The position numbers and the translations under genes are program-made. 64,000 bases of DNA, from the NCBI GenBank assembly GCA_963748215.1, contig CAVVHS010000007.1, positions 352,001 to 416,000 on the forward strand. Reading direction: 5' to 3'. Shown here piece by piece: positions 50,267-59,851 of the stretch (within the stretch, counting starts at the first letter, position 1; each line of letters begins with the position of its first letter). Origin of the DNA: an uncultured Gammaproteobacteria bacterium (GTDB taxonomy: Bacteria; Pseudomonadota; Gammaproteobacteria; UBA9214). The notes beneath the pieces were generated by a model. It was given only the letters and a program-made list of their open reading frames with translations, ran no database searches and was not told the origin of the DNA.

Positions 50267-50280
50267 TTGACGAATGTCAA
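50267..50280. promoter_or_regulatory. FNR-type box 1 in the divergent ppsA/mbx promoter
   Basis: TTGAC-GAAT-GTCAA with perfectly inverted half-sites. Confidence 0.72.
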
Positions 50281-50366
50281 ATAAAGTGTGATTGTGCCCA
50301 GGCATGTTGACGAGCATGCCATGAAGCATATATCAGTCTTGCCCGGAACATCTGTCTGGGTGCAAA

Positions 50367-50408
50367 ATGATTTATGTCAAAACGCCAGTCACGGATTCGC
50401 GCTAGATT
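50367..50408 (+). promoter_or_regulatory. FNR-type box 2 with a -10 element facing the mbx operon
   Basis: ATGAT-TTAT-GTCAA (50367-50380); TAGATT at 50403-50408, same spacing as the 40306 promoter. Confidence 0.62.
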
Positions 50409-50577
50409 CCGCTGCTGTAAAACCAGCGTCTCAGAGACAGGCGTTGTCATATAAATGTAATAATTCGCGGGGGTTGCCAGTTTCGGTCAGTGACAGTGCA
50501 AGCGTCAGAATACCCTTGATCGACCCTGGTTTCACATATCATGCGCCTAGCAAGTTTTTACGTACTGATCTCCTGAT

Positions 50578-51105
50578 ATGAGCGGAAGCGGGACGTCGGT
50601 CATTAGCGGCACACGTGGACACATGGTGCTGGTCTTTCTGCTCGGCTGGCTGGCCTGGTTGCTGCTGGCCGGCACGCTGACTGTCGAGGAAGTCGTCGCC
50701 GGCGCGCTGGTGTCCCTGCTGGTCACGCTGCTGTCCGGCCGGCACCTGGCCGTCTATGCCGGGGTCCGCTTCACCCCCGATGCCATTCTCCACCTGTTTG
50801 CCTTTCTCGCCGTGTTCCTGCGTGCGCTGCTGCACGCGAACATCGACATGGCGCGCCGCGTGCTGTCGCCCGCGCTGCCGATCCGGCCAGCCGTGGTGGA
50901 AGTCGAAACGCAACTGCAGTCCGCGCTGGGCAAACTGTTGCTGACCAATGCCATAACGTTGACGCCCGGTACCCTCTCCATCGACGTCGAGGACAACCGT
51001 ATCAAGGTGCACTGGGTGGATTGCCCGCCAGGTCTGGACCTGCACGGCAAGACGGCCGCCATTGTCAGCGGTTTCGAACGCCACTTGCTCGGGTTCCTGG
51101 TATGA
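50578..51105 (+). CDS. Mrp/Mbx subunit A (MnhE-like)
   Basis: ANIDMARRVL.P, NAITLTPGTL. Confidence 0.9.
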   Translation: MSGSGTSVISGTRGHMVLVFLLGWLAWLLLAGTLTVEEVVAGALVSLLVTLLSGRHLAVYAGVRFTPDAILHLFAFLAVFLRALLHANIDMARRVLSPALPIRPAVVEVETQLQSALGKLLLTNAITLTPGTLSIDVEDNRIKVHWVDCPPGLDLHGKTAAIVSGFERHLLGFLV

Positions 51106-51368
51106 GCGTGTCCCTGTTACAGCTTGTCGCGCTGTGCCTGCTCGGTACCGGCCTGGTGCTGGGTACGATCCGCTTCGTGCTGGGACCGACCACGCCGGAC
51201 CGCATCGTCGCGGCAGACACCCTGTCGATCCTGATCACCGCGGGCCTGGTGTGGCTGGCGCACCTGCTCGACAGCGGCATCTATCTGTCCATCGCACTGG
51301 TGTTCGGGGCGCTGTCATTCGTCGGTACCGTGGCCCTGGCGCGTGCCATCGAGGGCAACCGCTCATGA
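51102..51368 (+). CDS. Mrp/Mbx subunit B (MnhF-like)
   Basis: RFVLGPTTPDRIVAAD, LSFVGTVALAR. Confidence 0.9.
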   Translation: MSVSLLQLVALCLLGTGLVLGTIRFVLGPTTPDRIVAADTLSILITAGLVWLAHLLDSGIYLSIALVFGALSFVGTVALARAIEGNRS

Positions 51369-51697
51369 CGCTGGCCGGCGACCTGTTTCTGTTGCTGGGT
51401 TCCGCGTTCGCCTGTCTCGGTGCGCTGGGCCTGATTCGCATGCCGGATGTCTACAACCGCCTGCAGGCGGGTACCAAATCGGTCACGCTGGGGACCATGG
51501 CCATCCTCATCGGCATCGGCCTGCACCACCCGCAGTGGTGGTCCAATCTGCTGATGATCGGTGTGCTGGTGCTGTTCACCAATCCGGTCGGCTCTGCCTC
51601 CATCGCGCGCGCCGCACTGATTGCCGGTATTCGTCCCTGGCAGGTACCGGAGGCGGCGCCGCAACAGCTGCCGGCCGGCGAGGGGAAGGACGACTGA
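51365..51697 (+). CDS. Mrp/Mbx subunit C (MnhG-like)
   Basis: GLIRMPDVYNRLQAGTK, FTNPVG. Confidence 0.9.
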   Translation: MTLAGDLFLLLGSAFACLGALGLIRMPDVYNRLQAGTKSVTLGTMAILIGIGLHHPQWWSNLLMIGVLVLFTNPVGSASIARAALIAGIRPWQVPEAAPQQLPAGEGKDD

Positions 51698-51990
51698 TGG
51701 CCGACTGGATCAACTGGGTGGCCCTGCTGGCGGTGCTGGTGATGCTGGCCGGCGCGGTAGCGGTGCTCCTGTTGAATAATTTCCTCGCGGCCGTGGCCGC
51801 GACCTCGGTGGTATCGCTGGGCGCTGCGGTGATTTTCGTGTTGCTGCGCGCGCCGGACGTGGCGCTGACCGAGGCCGCCGTGGGGGCCGGCCTGAGCAGC
51901 GTGATCATGGCGTTGTGCCTGCGACGGCTCGGCCTGTGGCACATCGCGCCGAATACGACCGGTGCGGATGACGCGGGAGGCAGCCGCTGA
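51697..51990 (+). CDS. Mrp/Mbx subunit D (DUF4040/MbhD-like)
   Basis: LRAPDVALTEAAVGAGL. Confidence 0.88.
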   Translation: MADWINWVALLAVLVMLAGAVAVLLLNNFLAAVAATSVVSLGAAVIFVLLRAPDVALTEAAVGAGLSSVIMALCLRRLGLWHIAPNTTGADDAGGSR

Positions 51991-52679
51991 TGCGCAACTA
52001 CATCTCCCTGCTGTTCGTGGCCGGCCTGGCATTCCTGCTGTTCGTGATTACCGGTCAGCTCGAGTTCGGCGCGGCGCCGATGCTGATTGGACAGGCCATC
52101 AACCAGGCGGCGCCGGAGCAGGTCGGTGCCGCCAACATCGTCACCTCCGTGGTGCTGGGCTACCGTGCACTCGACACCCTGGGCGAGCTGGCGATCCTGT
52201 TCACTGCGGCCACCGCCGGCGGCCTGATGCTCGGGCGTCCGCGCCCCGGCGCGGCACATGATCCGGAGGCGGGTTTCATCCTGCGTACCGCCGCCGACCT
52301 GCTGTTTCCGTTGCTGCTGGTGGTGGGTCTGTTCATCATCGTGCACGGCCACCTGACGCCGGGTGGCGGCTTCCAGGGTGGCGTGATCCTGGCCGCGGCC
52401 TTTTTCGTGCCCTTGCTGGCGCGGCCCGGTACGCACTTCGACCACGCGTCCTTTGCCGTCGTCGAGGGCCTGGCCGGTGCCACCTTCATCGTGATCGGCC
52501 TGCTCGGCCTGGTGTATGGCGGCGAGTTTCTCGCGCCGCTGCTGGGACAGGGCGAGATGGGCAGCCTGCTGTCGGCCGGTACGCTGCCGTTGCTTTATAT
52601 CGCCGTTGGCCTGAAGGTCGGCACCGAGCTGGCCGGGCTGATGGCACACATTGCCGCCTACGAGGCGGTGGATTCATGA
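51990..52679 (+). CDS. Mrp/Mbx MnhB-like subunit
   Basis: NIVTSVVLGYRALDTLGE, HGHLTPGGGFQGG. Confidence 0.9.
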   Translation: MRNYISLLFVAGLAFLLFVITGQLEFGAAPMLIGQAINQAAPEQVGAANIVTSVVLGYRALDTLGELAILFTAATAGGLMLGRPRPGAAHDPEAGFILRTAADLLFPLLLVVGLFIIVHGHLTPGGGFQGGVILAAAFFVPLLARPGTHFDHASFAVVEGLAGATFIVIGLLGLVYGGEFLAPLLGQGEMGSLLSAGTLPLLYIAVGLKVGTELAGLMAHIAAYEAVDS

Positions 52680-53134
52680 GCCCGCCGGACCTGGGGGCGA
52701 TCCTGTTCACCGGTGCCTTCGGCCTGGTGGTGATCGGCATCCTCGGCATTGTCACGTCCACGCACCTGGTGCGCATCGTACTGTCCATCGTGCTGCTGGA
52801 GACGGGCGCCAACCTGCTGCTGATGCTGTCGGGTTACCGGCCCGGCGCGGCGGCGCCGATCATTATCGACGGCGTGGTGCCGGCCGCCATGGTCGATCCG
52901 GTGCCGCAGGCCCTGGTGCTGACCGCGATCGTCATCGGTGTCGCGGTGCAGGCGTTCATGATGACGCTGGTACTGCGACTGCGCAGTGTTTACGGCACCC
53001 TGGATATTCGCGAGCTGCGTGGCCGCCTGGAGCGCGATCTCGCGCGGGAGGCCGGCATCGGTCTGCCGACCAGCGACGATGCCCCGGACGTGGCGGGTGT
53101 CGGTACGGCGCGTCCGCAGGGAGGTGACACCTGA
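52676..53134 (+). CDS. Mrp/Mbx subunit G (MnhC-like)
   Basis: DPVPQALVLTAIVIG, YGTLD. Confidence 0.9.
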   Translation: MSPPDLGAILFTGAFGLVVIGILGIVTSTHLVRIVLSIVLLETGANLLLMLSGYRPGAAAPIIIDGVVPAAMVDPVPQALVLTAIVIGVAVQAFMMTLVLRLRSVYGTLDIRELRGRLERDLAREAGIGLPTSDDAPDVAGVGTARPQGGDT

Positions 53135-54591
53135 TGTCGCCCGTGCTGATGTTCGTCCTGCCGTTGCTGGGTGCGTTCCTGTTGCCGATCGTGGCGCGTG
53201 CTTCGGCAATGGCTGGCCGCCTGTTCGGCCCGCTGGTGCTGGCGCTGAACTGTGTGATCGGCGTGCTGGCCTGGGGTACGGTGAGTGAACAGACCCAGGT
53301 CATTGCGCTGGGTGGCTTTCAGCCGCCGTTGGGTATCGCCTTCTATGTCGACCGGCTGGCGTTGCTGTTCGCCATCGCGGTCTCGCTCGGTGTGCTGCTG
53401 CTGTGGCCGGACGCCGGAGAGGATGAGGCCGCGCAGCGCGAGAACACGCTGACCCTGGTGCTGGCGGCAGCCGCGACCGGGCTGGCCTTGTCCGGCGACC
53501 TGTTCAATATCTACGTCTTTTACGAGCTCACGGCAGTGGCTTCCTACGGCCTGGCCGCGGCGCGCCGCAACGGCGCCGCCTATGCCGCCACGCTGCGCTA
53601 CGTGGTGATCAGCAGTTTCGGCGCGGCACTGATGCTGATGGGCATCGCGCTGGTGTACATGGCCACGGGCACGCTCAACCTCGCGCAGCTGGCGCAGCTT
53701 GCGCCCGGCGCGCTGGACGGTCCGCTCGGGCTGGCCGCGTTCGTGTTCATCCTGATCGGTGCCGGCGTCAAGGCCGAGCTGTTCCCGGTCAACACCTGGG
53801 TACCCGAGGTGTACGCGGCGGCCTCGAAGCGCGTCGCCGGCCTGCTGGCCGGTATCATTTCCAAGCTGGCATTGCTGATCATCGTGCGCCTGCTGGTGCT
53901 GGTTTTTCAGCAGCCCGAGGCGCTGCAGATCCTGTTGACGCTGGGCATCCTCGGCGTGATCACCGGCGAGCTGGCCGCCTGGTATGCGCGTGATCTGACA
54001 CGCATGCTGGCCTACTCGTCGATCGGCCAGCTTGGTGTGATGTTCATTGCCTTTTCCATTCCGGGTACGGCCGGCCTGTATGCCGGCCTGGCCGTGGCGC
54101 TGCATCATATGGTGGTCAAGCCGGCCCTGTTCCTGCTGGCGGAGCGCCAGGGCGGCGCGCTGGAACGCCTCGCCGGGTCGGCGCAGGCCTCGCCGGTGGC
54201 CGCCGGGCTGTTCATCCTGCTGGCGCTGTCACTGATCGGCATTCCGCCCTTGCCCGGTTTCTGGGCCAAATTCCTGGTGGTGACGGCGGCGCTGGCCCAG
54301 CCGGGCACGGCGTACCTGCTGAGCGTGGCGGTCATCCTGCTGGCCGTGGTGGTGGAGGCCAGCTACCTGTTCCGCGTGATCGTGCAGCTGTACCGGCGCG
54401 TGCCGCCGACCGAGGTCGGTGACGGGCACGATGGTGCGACGCTGACCGTCAGTGCAGCCCTGGGCCTGGCGCTGATCGCTGCCGTACTGTGGCTGGCACC
54501 ACTGGGCAACGGCCTGCAGGGCATCGCTGCGCAGGCCGCGGACCGGGCCGGCTACATCGAGGCGGTGCTGCCTGCCGGAGCCGGGTTATGA
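53134..54591 (+). CDS. Mrp/Mbx subunit H (MnhD/NuoN-like ion-translocating subunit)
   Basis: DLFNIYVFYEL, KAELFP..WVPEVY, RMLAYSSI, GIPPLPGFWAK. Confidence 0.9.
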   Translation: MSPVLMFVLPLLGAFLLPIVARASAMAGRLFGPLVLALNCVIGVLAWGTVSEQTQVIALGGFQPPLGIAFYVDRLALLFAIAVSLGVLLLWPDAGEDEAAQRENTLTLVLAAAATGLALSGDLFNIYVFYELTAVASYGLAAARRNGAAYAATLRYVVISSFGAALMLMGIALVYMATGTLNLAQLAQLAPGALDGPLGLAAFVFILIGAGVKAELFPVNTWVPEVYAAASKRVAGLLAGIISKLALLIIVRLLVLVFQQPEALQILLTLGILGVITGELAAWYARDLTRMLAYSSIGQLGVMFIAFSIPGTAGLYAGLAVALHHMVVKPALFLLAERQGGALERLAGSAQASPVAAGLFILLALSLIGIPPLPGFWAKFLVVTAALAQPGTAYLLSVAVILLAVVVEASYLFRVIVQLYRRVPPTEVGDGHDGATLTVSAALGLALIAAVLWLAPLGNGLQGIAAQAADRAGYIEAVLPAGAGL

Positions 54592-56450
54592 ACACGTTCG
54601 ACCAGTTGTTGCTGCTGGCTTTGGTCACCGTGCTGACGACGCTGCTCACCGGCGGCCTGCGCTGGGGTGGCTGGCTGGCAACACTGCTGTATGCGGGCCA
54701 GCTGGTATTGCTGTTCGGCATGGCGACGGTCGGCCAGGAAGGCGCATCGGTCAGTTCCGGACTGGCGATCGAGGTGCCGGGCTTTGTACTGCACTGGGAG
54801 ATGACGCCGCTGTCCTGGTTCTTCGCGCTGTTGACGGTGGGCGCCGGCCTGCTGTGCAGCGCCTATGCCGCGGGCGAGTGGGGGCAGGCTTACGGCGCGC
54901 AGCGCTCGTTGCGCCTGTTGAACGTGACGCTGGCGCTGAACGTCGCCAGCATGCTGTTGCTGGTCACCAGTGCCGACCTGTTGAGCCTGTTTATCGGCTG
55001 GGAGCTGATGAGCTGGGCCAGCCTGCTGATGATGATCCAGAACGGCCCCGCGTCGGTGCGCGCGGCGCTGCGTTACCTGCCGTATGCCATGGCCGGTGCG
55101 ATGGCGCTGCTCGGTGCCATCGCGCTGGTGTACGTGCAGGGCGGCACGCTTGAATTCGATGGCCTGCGCGCACTGCTGGCCGGCCTGGGCACGCTGCCGT
55201 TGTGGACGCTGCTGATGTTGCTGTTCGCCGGTTTCGCGGTGAAGATGGCCGCGGTGCCGTTCCACCTCTGGCAACCGCAGGCCTACAGCGAGGCACCCGG
55301 TGCGGGCGCGGCCTTCCTCGGCGCGATCTCATCGCGCATGGGCCTGTTCGCCATGGCGCTGGTGCTGGTCAAGCTGGTCGGTTTCGACTACCTGGCCGAT
55401 GCACAGGCCTGGGTCAGTCCGCAGGATGTCATGCTGCTGCTGTCTGCGGCCACCATCATCATCGGCGCCTACGTGGCGCTGCGCCAGGACGATGCGCGGC
55501 TGCTGCTGGCCTGGAGCGGTATCAGCCAGGGCGGCTACATGATGCTGGGGCTGTACAGCGGCGCACCGCTGGCGGTGGCCGGCGGCCTGAGTCATGTATT
55601 CAGCTATGCCACCTACGAGGCCGGCCTGTTCATGGTGGTGTTCGCCGTTGTCCACCGCACCGGCACCGCCGACATGAACCGGCTGGGCGGGCTGGTCACG
55701 CGCATGCCGCTGTCGTTCCTGGTGCTGCTGATGGGCATCATCGGGCTGGCCGGGCTGCCGCCGATCAACGGTTTCGTGTCGAAGTGGATGATCTACCGCG
55801 GCCTGCTCGACCAGGGCATGGTGCTCTATTTCCTGGTGTCGGTGATCGGCACCCTGGGCAGCGTGCTGTACTGCTACAAGCTGATCCACAATATCTTCCT
55901 CGGCCAGCTGCGGCTCGAGCACCACGCGGTGCGCGAGGCGCCGTGGAGCATGACCGTGCCCATGCTGGTGCTTGGCGCGCTGATGTTCGCCACCGGCTAC
56001 ATGCCGGGCCTCGTGCTCGACTGGGTAGCGCCGGCCATGGCCTACCTCGGCATTCAGCCGCCGGAATACACGCTCGGTGCCATCCTGACCGCGGGCGCCG
56101 ACCTCGACATGCTGTGGCTGGTGACCTTCATGCTGATTGGTTTCGGCATAGGCGCGGTGATTTTCTACTCGGCTGGCCGTGCCCAGCGCGTGCACCAGCT
56201 GAACAACTATGCCGGCGGCCATTTCCTGACGGCCGATACGCGTTACCAGTACAGCTACAATTTCTATCCGGCGCTTTACCGCCTGATCGGGCCGCTCTAT
56301 CGCAACAGCTTTCAGTGGCTGGAATCCGGCGTGCTGTCGCTGATGAATTTCGTGTCCGCCGGGGCGCAGGGCATTTACCGTTCGGTGCACCCGTCGCTGT
56401 ACCTGCTGGCCGTGGTGGTGCTGGTGAGCCTGTTCTGGGGGGCGACGTGA
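54588..56450 (+). CDS. Mrp/Mbx subunit H' (second antiporter-like subunit)
   Basis: FIGWELMS, KMAAVPFHLWQP, GLPPINGFVSKW. Confidence 0.88.
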   Translation: MNTFDQLLLLALVTVLTTLLTGGLRWGGWLATLLYAGQLVLLFGMATVGQEGASVSSGLAIEVPGFVLHWEMTPLSWFFALLTVGAGLLCSAYAAGEWGQAYGAQRSLRLLNVTLALNVASMLLLVTSADLLSLFIGWELMSWASLLMMIQNGPASVRAALRYLPYAMAGAMALLGAIALVYVQGGTLEFDGLRALLAGLGTLPLWTLLMLLFAGFAVKMAAVPFHLWQPQAYSEAPGAGAAFLGAISSRMGLFAMALVLVKLVGFDYLADAQAWVSPQDVMLLLSAATIIIGAYVALRQDDARLLLAWSGISQGGYMMLGLYSGAPLAVAGGLSHVFSYATYEAGLFMVVFAVVHRTGTADMNRLGGLVTRMPLSFLVLLMGIIGLAGLPPINGFVSKWMIYRGLLDQGMVLYFLVSVIGTLGSVLYCYKLIHNIFLGQLRLEHHAVREAPWSMTVPMLVLGALMFATGYMPGLVLDWVAPAMAYLGIQPPEYTLGAILTAGADLDMLWLVTFMLIGFGIGAVIFYSAGRAQRVHQLNNYAGGHFLTADTRYQYSYNFYPALYRLIGPLYRNSFQWLESGVLSLMNFVSAGAQGIYRSVHPSLYLLAVVVLVSLFWGAT

Positions 56451-57355
56451 TGGACTGGCAGACGGTGTTGTTCGATGTCGTGGTCATGCCGCTGGTGGCC
56501 TTTATCGTCGGGCTGCTGCTGGTGCTGATGATGCGCCGCACGCGCGCCCGGCTCGAGCGCCGCGTCGGGCCGCCGTTCTTCCAGCCGCTGTACGACATCC
56601 TCAAGCTGTATTCCAAGGATATCCAGGTCTCGCACGGTTTCATCCATGACCTGGGCATCATCATGGTGGTCGGTGGCTACATTACGGTGGAGATGTTCCT
56701 GCCGGTGCCGGGCATGGTCGGGCTGGCCGAGAAGGGCGACCTGATCGCGCTGGTGTACCTGATGATGGTGCCGTCGCTGGGCATGGCACTGGGCGTCGGC
56801 CAGTGCGCCAACCCGAACGGCTCGATCGGCATTTCGCGTGCGCTGACTTCCATGCTCGGCTACGACATTCCGTTCGTGCTGGTCGTGGTCGCGGCCGCGG
56901 CGATGTACGGCACCACCAGCCTGCCGGAGATCATCGCCATCCAGCAGCAGGGTGGAATCTCGACCTGGGGTATTGCGAGCATGCCGGTCATGGCGCTGGC
57001 CGGCTTAATCACCACTCACGTGATGCTGGCCAAGGAGCCGTTCGAGACCTACATCGCGCCGGCCGAGATCGCCACCGGGCCGATGGTCGAGATGGGCGGC
57101 AAGTTCATGGGCGGTTTGTTCGTCGTACAGACCTTTCAGGTCTATACTGCAGGTGTGCTGTTCACGACGCTGTTTCTGGGCGGCGGCGTCACCTGGTTCG
57201 ATTTTCTGCCAAAGGTGTTTGCCGTGCTGTTCCTGCCGTTCGCCATCACCATCCTGTATCCGCGTTACAAGGCCGGAGAAGGGTTACTCTGGGTGTGGAA
57301 ATGGCCGACCGGTATCGCGCTGCTGGGACTGGCGCTGATCTTTATGCAGAGGTGA
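56450..57355 (+). CDS. Mbx subunit M (NuoH-like)
   Basis: ARLERRVGPPFFQPLYDILKL, PFE...EIATGPMVE. Confidence 0.88.
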   Translation: MDWQTVLFDVVVMPLVAFIVGLLLVLMMRRTRARLERRVGPPFFQPLYDILKLYSKDIQVSHGFIHDLGIIMVVGGYITVEMFLPVPGMVGLAEKGDLIALVYLMMVPSLGMALGVGQCANPNGSIGISRALTSMLGYDIPFVLVVVAAAAMYGTTSLPEIIAIQQQGGISTWGIASMPVMALAGLITTHVMLAKEPFETYIAPAEIATGPMVEMGGKFMGGLFVVQTFQVYTAGVLFTTLFLGGGVTWFDFLPKVFAVLFLPFAITILYPRYKAGEGLLWVWKWPTGIALLGLALIFMQR

Positions 57356-57359
57356 GACC

Positions 57360-58091
57360 ATGAGCGACAAGCAACTCGAAATTCCGGTTACACAGGGCAG
57401 CCCTGCGCCCGGCGGCGGCAATCCCTATCGCGGCGTGTTTGACCGCCTGCAGGATTTCTGCCGCGCCCGCTCGCTGTTCATGCTGCATTACTGTACCGGC
57501 TGCGGGGCCATCGAGCTGCCACCGGCGATGACCTCGCGCTACGACATGGAGCGGCTCGGTATCCAGCCCATGGCCACGCCGCGCCAGGCGGACATCCTGC
57601 TGGTCACCGGCTATGTCGCCACCAAGACCCTGAAGCGCATCCTGCTGACCTACGAGCAGATGAGCGCGCCGCGCTATGTGATCGGCATCTGCTCCTGCAC
57701 CGTGAATGGCGGCATGTACTGGCAGAGCTACGCCACGGTGAAGAAACTTAACGACTACCTGCCGGTCGATATGTACATCGCCGGCTGCATGCCGCGCCCG
57801 GAGGCGGTCATCGTTGGCCTGCAGAAGCTGATGGAGAAGATCGATGCCGGCCGCGCGGAGTCCTGGAAGGACTACTACCGCAACTACGACTATTACCTGG
57901 GCAAGCAGCAGACGCTGTTCGGCGAACGCTGGCAGACGCCGACCGACATCATCGCCGAGGCGCGCCGCTACGACTTGTTCGGGCCGGACACGCTGGGATC
58001 ACACACCGCGCTGCTGGAGCAGTACCAGACGCCGCTGGAGATGCCGTCTACCCCGGTGTTCGGGCGCGAGCGCGAGAAAATCGAGCGGTAG
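57360..58091 (+). CDS. Mbx subunit J (NuoB-like FeS subunit)
   Basis: YCTGCGAIELPP, RYDMERLG, PRQAD, CSCTVNGG, GCMPRPE. Confidence 0.9.
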   Translation: MSDKQLEIPVTQGSPAPGGGNPYRGVFDRLQDFCRARSLFMLHYCTGCGAIELPPAMTSRYDMERLGIQPMATPRQADILLVTGYVATKTLKRILLTYEQMSAPRYVIGICSCTVNGGMYWQSYATVKKLNDYLPVDMYIAGCMPRPEAVIVGLQKLMEKIDAGRAESWKDYYRNYDYYLGKQQTLFGERWQTPTDIIAEARRYDLFGPDTLGSHTALLEQYQTPLEMPSTPVFGREREKIER

Positions 58092-58172
58092 ATCGCGCCA
58101 TAAGCACCGCCCGGATCTATGGTGCGCGTGGCGCACCCTACAAAAGGGAAATTAACCCCGCAGGCAAATTTC

Positions 58173-58712
58173 ATGGATAGCGGCAAGGAACTGGTCAACT
58201 GGCTGGACAAGGTGCTGGAGGAATTCCAGGGTGTGCAGGTGCGGCGCAAGAGCACCTCGCGCGTGCGCGTCGACGTGGATGCCGACGCGCTGCCGGCGCT
58301 GCTGGAGCTGCTGCAGGGGCGCGCCGGCTACGTGCACCTGTCCGCGCTGAGTTGCGTGGACTGGATCGACGACAACGAGTTCGAGCTGGTCTACCACGTG
58401 TGGTCCTACGAGACCCGCTCGCTGGTATCCGCGCACATCCGCATCCCGCGCGAGCCGGGGGCCTACCTCTCGGTCTACGACATCTACAAGCCGGCGGCCT
58501 TTTTCGAGCGCGACATCTTCGAAATGTTCGGCGTGTTCTTCGAGGGCAGTCCGCACATGGAGAAATTCATTCTCACCGAGTGGGACGGGCCGCCGCCGAT
58601 GCGCAAGGAATTCGATACCCGCCAGTACGTGCACGACACCTTCGACTGGCAGCAGTACAACCCGGAGTGGCTGCAGGAGATCCGCGCCAAGGGCGGGGGG
58701 ATCGTCGAATGA
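58173..58712 (+). CDS. Mbx subunit K (NuoC-like)
   Basis: SCVDW, FELVYH, FERDIFEMFGVFFEG, PPMRKEF; start may lie upstream at 58119. Confidence 0.88.
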   Translation: MDSGKELVNWLDKVLEEFQGVQVRRKSTSRVRVDVDADALPALLELLQGRAGYVHLSALSCVDWIDDNEFELVYHVWSYETRSLVSAHIRIPREPGAYLSVYDIYKPAAFFERDIFEMFGVFFEGSPHMEKFILTEWDGPPPMRKEFDTRQYVHDTFDWQQYNPEWLQEIRAKGGGIVE

Positions 58713-59851
58713 GGCCCGAGAACTACCAGGCGGTCAGTCATCCGCCCAGCCACGAATTCGAGCTGAATATCGGCCCCAACCACCCCGGCATCGAGGGCAA
58801 CTACGCGCTCAAGCTGAAGCTGGAGGGCGACATCGTGGTGGCGGCAAAGGCCGACGCCGGCTACCTGCACCGCGGCTTCGAGAAGCTCATGGAAGGCCGG
58901 TTGTGGATGCAGAACATTGCGCTGGTGCCGCGCATCTGCGTGCCGGACCCGGCGCACATGGAGATCTGCTACGCGCTGGGCGTGGAAATGCTCGGCGGGC
59001 TGGAGGTGCCGGAGCGCGCGCAGTGGCTGCGTGTCATGCAGCTGGAGCTGTCGCGCCTCACCGCGCACCTGTTCTATTTCGGCGGCGCCGCCGCCACCAT
59101 GGGCATGTACAGCAACATGTTCTGGGGCGTGTCCGACCGCGACCTGATACTCGACCTGTTCGAGGAATTCACCGGCGGGCGCGTGTACAGCATGTACAAC
59201 GTGCCCGGCGGCGTGCGCCGCGACCTGCCCGAGGGCTTCATCGGTCGCCTGGTGTCGCTGCTGGATTACCTCGATTCGCGCCTGGACGACTACGACAACC
59301 TGTTCTTCACCAACTACGTGATGGTGCACCGCACGCGCGGCACCGGTGCCATGAACCAGCAGCAGGCGCTGGAATGGGGCGTGACCGGACCCAACCTGCG
59401 TTCCACCGGGCTGGCCTTCGACGTACGCCGTGACGATCCCTACCTGGTGTACGACCAGCTCGAGTTCGACATCCCGGTCGAGGAGGCCGGCGACGCGCTG
59501 TCGCGTATCCTGGTGCGGCGCAACGAGTTGATACAGAGCATCCGCATCCTGCGCCAGGTGGCCGAGCGCCTGCCGTCGATCGGCGGGCCGGTGCGCTGCC
59601 CGCTGCCCAATCCGCTGGCCTGGAACGTGCCGGCCGGCGAGAGCTACGCGCGCGTGGAATCCTCCAAGGGCGAGCTGGCCTACTACACCGTCTCCAATGG
59701 CAGCGACAAGCCGTGGCGCGTGCACATCCGCGGGCCGTCACAGATGCATGGCGTGCAGGTGCTGGAGAACCTCTGCATCGGCGCGCGCATCGAGGACGTC
59801 GCCCAGATCATTTTCACTCTCGACGCCTGTCCGCCGGAGGTCGACCGCTGA
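58709..59851 (+). CDS. Mbx subunit L (NuoD/[NiFe] large-subunit-like, no Ni ligands)
   Basis: IGPNHPG, GYLHRGFEK, RICVPDP and DACPPEVDR: one Cys in each of the two hydrogenase CxxC positions. Confidence 0.9.
   Translation: MRPENYQAVSHPPSHEFELNIGPNHPGIEGNYALKLKLEGDIVVAAKADAGYLHRGFEKLMEGRLWMQNIALVPRICVPDPAHMEICYALGVEMLGGLEVPERAQWLRVMQLELSRLTAHLFYFGGAAATMGMYSNMFWGVSDRDLILDLFEEFTGGRVYSMYNVPGGVRRDLPEGFIGRLVSLLDYLDSRLDDYDNLFFTNYVMVHRTRGTGAMNQQQALEWGVTGPNLRSTGLAFDVRRDDPYLVYDQLEFDIPVEEAGDALSRILVRRNELIQSIRILRQVAERLPSIGGPVRCPLPNPLAWNVPAGESYARVESSKGELAYYTVSNGSDKPWRVHIRGPSQMHGVQVLENLCIGARIEDVAQIIFTLDACPPEVDR

Noticed and set aside
57360-59851. Group 4 [NiFe] hydrogenase or canonical complex I
   Set aside because: The large subunit lacks both complete CxxC Ni motifs; there are no nuoA/J or nuoEFG genes; the Mrp genes and gene order fit Mbx.
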